From an uncultured bacterium (GTDB taxonomy: Bacteria > Bacteroidota > Bacteroidia > CAILMK01): a stretch of DNA of 64,000 bases. Shown piece after piece: positions 60,244 through 64,000 of the stretch (positions are counted from its first letter, which is position 1; each line of letters starts with the position of its first letter). The notes under the pieces were generated by a model. That model made no database searches. It was not told where the DNA came from and worked only from the letters and a program-made list of their open reading frames with translations. The stretch spans positions 26,502-90,501 of the forward strand of contig CAIKRV010000063.1 in assembly GCA_903829945.1 (NCBI GenBank), given 5' to 3'. The position numbers were made by a program, and so were the translations under genes.

Positions 60244-61476
60244 ATGAATTCGGGGAATACTACTTCTAAAATATTGAATATAAGTGTTATTGTAGCAGCA
60301 CTTGGGTATTTTGTGGATATATATGACCTTATTTTATTTGGCATTGTACGGGTGCAAAGCCTGAAAGACTTAGGCTTTGCCGGTAAAGAATTAAATGATT
60401 TAATTGGAGCCCGACTATTAAATTTTCAAATGGCCGGAATGCTAATCGGTGGCATTATTTGGGGCATTTTAGGGGATAAAAAGGGAAGATTATCTACTTT
60501 ATTTTCCACTATTTTAATTTATTCCATTGCCAATATTGCCAACGGCTTTGTACAAAACATAGAACAGTATTATTGCCTGCGATTTTTAGCGGGCTTAGGC
60601 CTTGCCGGAGAATTGGGCGTAGGCATTACCTTGGTATCCGAAGTAATGAGTAAAGAACGTCGTGGATACGGCACTACAGTCGTGGCAGGCATAGGTATTG
60701 CCGGTGCCGTGGCCGGATATTTGGTTTCAGACCTCTTTAGCTGGCGCACCGCTTATTATGTTGGCGGTGGTTTAGGGCTGGGACTATTAGCACTTCGAGT
60801 TTCCTTATATGAATCCGGAATGTTTTCAAAATTGAAAGAAAGCAGTATAAAACGTGGCAATTTTCTGGATCTTTTTAAAACCAAAAAGATATTTATAAAA
60901 TACCTTAAAGCTATATTGGTAGGTATTCCGGTGTGGTTTGTTATTGGCATCATCGTGTTTTTTGCAAATAAATTTGCGGATGCCTTACATGTACAAGGTA
61001 AAATAACCGTAGGAAAATGTGTCATGTACCATTATATCGGAGCCTCCATCGGTGCGTTTGCTACCGGTATCCTTAGTCAGGTACTAAAATCAAGAAGAAA
61101 GGCACTTATAAGTGCTATTGTAGGCTTATTAATTACCATCCCTATTTTATTTTTGGCGGATGGCATCAGTGCTTCTACCTTTTACTTTTTGATGTTTTTA
61201 ATTGGTATTCCAAATGGATTCTGGTCCGTATTTGTAACCAATGCAGCGGAGCAATTTGGCACCAACCTTAGAGCTACGGTAACTACCACCGCTCCAAATT
61301 TTGTGCGTGGTGCTACAGTTTTATTAACCCTTACTTTTACACAATATACCGGATCCGGAAATACCATAATTGTTGCCTCCGTAATAGGATTGGTAGTTAT
61401 AACAGCTGCCCTATGGGCTTGTTTTACCATGGAGGAATCCTATCATAAAAATTTAGATTATTTAGAAGTTAATTAA
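60244..61476 (+). CDS. MFS transporter
   Basis: GYFVDIYD, GILGDKKGR, RFLAGLGLAGE; ~12 TMs. Confidence 0.92.
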   Translation: MNSGNTTSKILNISVIVAALGYFVDIYDLILFGIVRVQSLKDLGFAGKELNDLIGARLLNFQMAGMLIGGIIWGILGDKKGRLSTLFSTILIYSIANIANGFVQNIEQYYCLRFLAGLGLAGELGVGITLVSEVMSKERRGYGTTVVAGIGIAGAVAGYLVSDLFSWRTAYYVGGGLGLGLLALRVSLYESGMFSKLKESSIKRGNFLDLFKTKKIFIKYLKAILVGIPVWFVIGIIVFFANKFADALHVQGKITVGKCVMYHYIGASIGAFATGILSQVLKSRRKALISAIVGLLITIPILFLADGISASTFYFLMFLIGIPNGFWSVFVTNAAEQFGTNLRATVTTTAPNFVRGATVLLTLTFTQYTGSGNTIIVASVIGLVVITAALWACFTMEESYHKNLDYLEVN

Positions 61477-61486
61477 TATTATTATT

Positions 61487-62131
61487 TTGAAACATACACT
61501 ACTTACCATACAAGAGTTATTAAAATGGTTTAAACCCGAAACTATTATACAGAGTGGAGGCTTACCTTTATTATGTTTTATTTTATTTGCCGAAACCGGA
61601 TTATTTATCGGCTTCTTTTTACCTGGTGATTCCTTATTATTTGTGGCAGGTTTATTTTCATATTTAATGCCCGGAGGTCTTCCAATAATTATTTTATGTG
61701 CAGTAGCATCCGCAATTATTGGAAACTTGGTAGGATACTATTTTGGGCTCAGTTTGGGGCCAAGATTATTTAAAAAAGAAGATTCTTTAATATTCAAGAA
61801 AAAGTATTTGGACATGACCGAATCCTTTTATGCCAAACATGGTAGGGCAGCGCTAATCTTAGGAAGATTTATTCCCATTATCAGAACCTTTGTACCCATC
61901 TTAGCCGGAGCCATCAAAATGAATTTTAGCAGATTTTTAGTTTATAATGTAATTGGAGCTTTATTATGGGTGCCTACCCTAATTATGGCTGGCTACTGGC
62001 TCGGACAAATTACCTGGGTAAAAGAACATATAGAACTTATTGTAATCGGTTTAATTATTGTTACTATTATTCCTGTCATCCGCACTTATATCCGCGAAAG
62101 AAATGCACATAGGGCATCCAGCGAAAACTAA
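61487..62131 (+). CDS. DedA/VTT family membrane protein
   Basis: FAETGL..GFFLPGDSLLF, GRFIPIIRTF. Confidence 0.93.
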   Translation: MKHTLLTIQELLKWFKPETIIQSGGLPLLCFILFAETGLFIGFFLPGDSLLFVAGLFSYLMPGGLPIIILCAVASAIIGNLVGYYFGLSLGPRLFKKEDSLIFKKKYLDMTESFYAKHGRAALILGRFIPIIRTFVPILAGAIKMNFSRFLVYNVIGALLWVPTLIMAGYWLGQITWVKEHIELIVIGLIIVTIIPVIRTYIRERNAHRASSEN

Positions 62132-62141
62132 CATTTAAAAG

Positions 62142-62187
62142 AGTAAATAAAAAAGACTCACTTGATAGTGAGTCTTTTTTATTTACT
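62142..62187. terminator. Bidirectional terminator (21-bp perfect inverted repeat)
   Basis: AGTAAATAAAAAAGACTCACT-tgat-AGTGAGTCTTTTTTATTTACT between convergent genes. Confidence 0.9.
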
Positions 62188-62200
62188 TAGCGTTGAACTA

Positions 62201-62665
62201 TTATTTTTCATCCAACATTGTTATTCCCCACGGACCGATTCCTGTGATTTGTAAAATAACTTCTTCATTTAAGGTATATAAAAAATGATGGGACATAGCA
62301 GGATTAACATAATAAGCACCGGCCGTAAATTTAGTGCCTGATGTTTTATCGGCCTGCTCCCCAAAGCCTAAATAAAGGCTACCGGATATTATAGTTACTC
62401 GTTCATCCTTTGGATGCCAATGTGCCGGAATCGTATAATTCGGCGGCAATTTAAAACGTACTGTAAATACGCCTTCCTTTTTAGGATTTCCTTCCAATAC
62501 GATCATCTTTGCACCCGGTAAAAATGGAGTTGGGGCATCCATCCATTTTATATTTTGAGGAAAAACCTGGATGCTACCCATAGGTAAAGGCTTTGCTAAA
62601 ATACTCTGGGCCGATAAATAATTGCCCGTAAAAATAAAAATGATTAGTACAATTATTTTATTCAT
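62201..62665 (-). CDS. Secreted cupin domain protein (DUF4437-like)
   Basis: Signal peptide; PAHWHP.DE..T.ISG, HHF. Confidence 0.85.
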   Translation of the reverse strand: MNKIIVLIIFIFTGNYLSAQSILAKPLPMGSIQVFPQNIKWMDAPTPFLPGAKMIVLEGNPKKEGVFTVRFKLPPNYTIPAHWHPKDERVTIISGSLYLGFGEQADKTSGTKFTAGAYYVNPAMSHHFLYTLNEEVILQITGIGPWGITMLDEK

Positions 62666-64000
62666 AAATTGGTTTGTTATTTTCAAATATAATTTCATTG
62701 GTTTCATGCAATTGGCTTTCAAATACTTTGTTTAAGATGGCACTAACGTTACTGAGCTCTTCTACTTTTTTTACTTTTTCGGTATATATATACAACCTGT
62801 TCCTAGGACGTGTAAATGCTACATACATCAGATTTACATTATCTATACTCAGCATGGCATCTTCCTTATGGTAAGCTTCATGGAAAACAGAATCTTCTAA
62901 TTGTGTTGTAAATGAAATCGGCAATTTTGCGAAAGAATTAAAAGGCGAATGTTCAGATGAAACCCAAATTAAATCTGCAAAAGTACTTTTGAATTTCCAA
63001 TTGGCAAATGGTATAAAGACCACCGGAAATTCCAAGCCTTTCGATTTATGAATGGTCATAATTCTTATTGCATTCATTTCACTATTTAATACTACGGTAT
63101 AGGATTCATTTGCCCACCATTCCAAAAATGAATGAATTGATAATTTTTGATTTCGAGTAAATTCTAGAATAACTTGTCTGAAACTTAATATATAAGGATC
63201 AATTTTTTCAAATAAGTTAAAATCTTTGAGTATTCTTTCAATAAGTTCGTATAAAGGTAAATTTACAATAGAAGATTTATGGTCAAGAAAATTTGACGGT
63301 AAGTGTTTTTTAAATAAAAGATCCCCATTTTTAACATCATTAAAAATTTCAGCATTTGCGATCAGGGAGTCCTTTAAAACATAATTCAAATACAAGTAAA
63401 GCAATTCCGATTTTGCCAATTGATTACTTGGATGCACTAAATAATGTAAAGCAGCTAATATTAAACGTATATGCGGACTTTTATCCAGAAAAAGTGAATC
63501 CGGTGAAATAAACTCAATACTATATTGGTTCAATGTTTCAGCAACAATTTCTGCCTCGGCATTATTCCTGACCAAAATGGTAATATCTCTCATGTTCATC
63601 CCTTCTGTAAATAATTGGGAAATAGTATTGACCATCCTAGTGCAAGCATTGGAAATATAGGCGTCCTTAGAATTTCCTTCCTTTTCAAAAAAAACAAGTT
63701 CCACCCTTCCACTAATACCTTCTTTTTTGCCAGCAGGAATTTGCTTTACATCAGCATAAATATTATGTAATAATTCTAATTCATGAAAATGACTTGGAAA
63801 TAAATTTAACGATTTTGTAAAAAGATCATTATTGAAAGCTACAATTTCAGTATGACTTCTAAAATTATTTTTAAGCGTTTCTTTCTGTGAATTGCCCGGG
63901 AAATAATTATCACTTACTTGTGATGATATTAATTCAACTTTGCCACCGCGCCAACGATAAATGGCTTGTTTAGCATCGCCGACCAATAAACATTCAGCAC
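62658..64000 (-). CDS. UvrD/AddA-like SF1 helicase, C-terminal part (5' end beyond window)
   Basis: VGDAKQAIYRWRGG, NFRS, ILVRNN, MTIHKSKGLEF, YVAFTR. Confidence 0.92.
   Translation of the reverse strand, partial: AECLLVGDAKQAIYRWRGGKVELISSQVSDNYFPGNSQKETLKNNFRSHTEIVAFNNDLFTKSLNLFPSHFHELELLHNIYADVKQIPAGKKEGISGRVELVFFEKEGNSKDAYISNACTRMVNTISQLFTEGMNMRDITILVRNNAEAEIVAETLNQYSIEFISPDSLFLDKSPHIRLILAALHYLVHPSNQLAKSELLYLYLNYVLKDSLIANAEIFNDVKNGDLLFKKHLPSNFLDHKSSIVNLPLYELIERILKDFNLFEKIDPYILSFRQVILEFTRNQKLSIHSFLEWWANESYTVVLNSEMNAIRIMTIHKSKGLEFPVVFIPFANWKFKSTFADLIWVSSEHSPFNSFAKLPISFTTQLEDSVFHEAYHKEDAMLSIDNVNLMYVAFTRPRNRLYIYTEKVKKVEELSNVSAILNKVFESQLHETNEIIFENNKPIYE

Noticed and set aside
62142..62187. 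MITE or mobile inverted repeat
   Set aside because: A single 46-nt hairpin between convergent genes with A/T tails; adequately explained as a terminator.

Overview
AT-rich (roughly 35% GC, estimated by eye) Bacteroidota chromosomal segment. The taxon call rests on recurrent TAnnTTTG -7 promoter boxes, a T9SS C-terminal-domain protein, a GldB-like lipoprotein and an ExbB-ExbD-ExbD-TonB operon. Most of the window is housekeeping: clpC (partial), dnaB, etfBA, holA, accD, fbaB, queE, folD, rlmB, ychF, hppA, ettA, purM, degP-like, rlmD, aroQ, lhgO, murQ, trmH, nadE and a partial UvrD/AddA-like helicase. I saw no rRNA, tRNA, transposase, integrase or cas gene. The standout feature is an ORF-free region at about 19896-20297, between ychF and a YD-repeat-like gene. 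It holds 13 short hairpins: 12 share an invariant CCGTAA loop and one has a variant loop. The stems differ in sequence but keep their pairing, the linkers are A-rich, and the hairpins fall in ~60-nt two-hairpin units. A TAGATTTG promoter box lies upstream and an intrinsic terminator downstream, and G-U wobbles point to a + strand RNA of ~490 nt. The architecture resembles a CsrB/RsmZ-style protein-sponge RNA but with a different loop motif, so it is a candidate undescribed regulatory RNA system.
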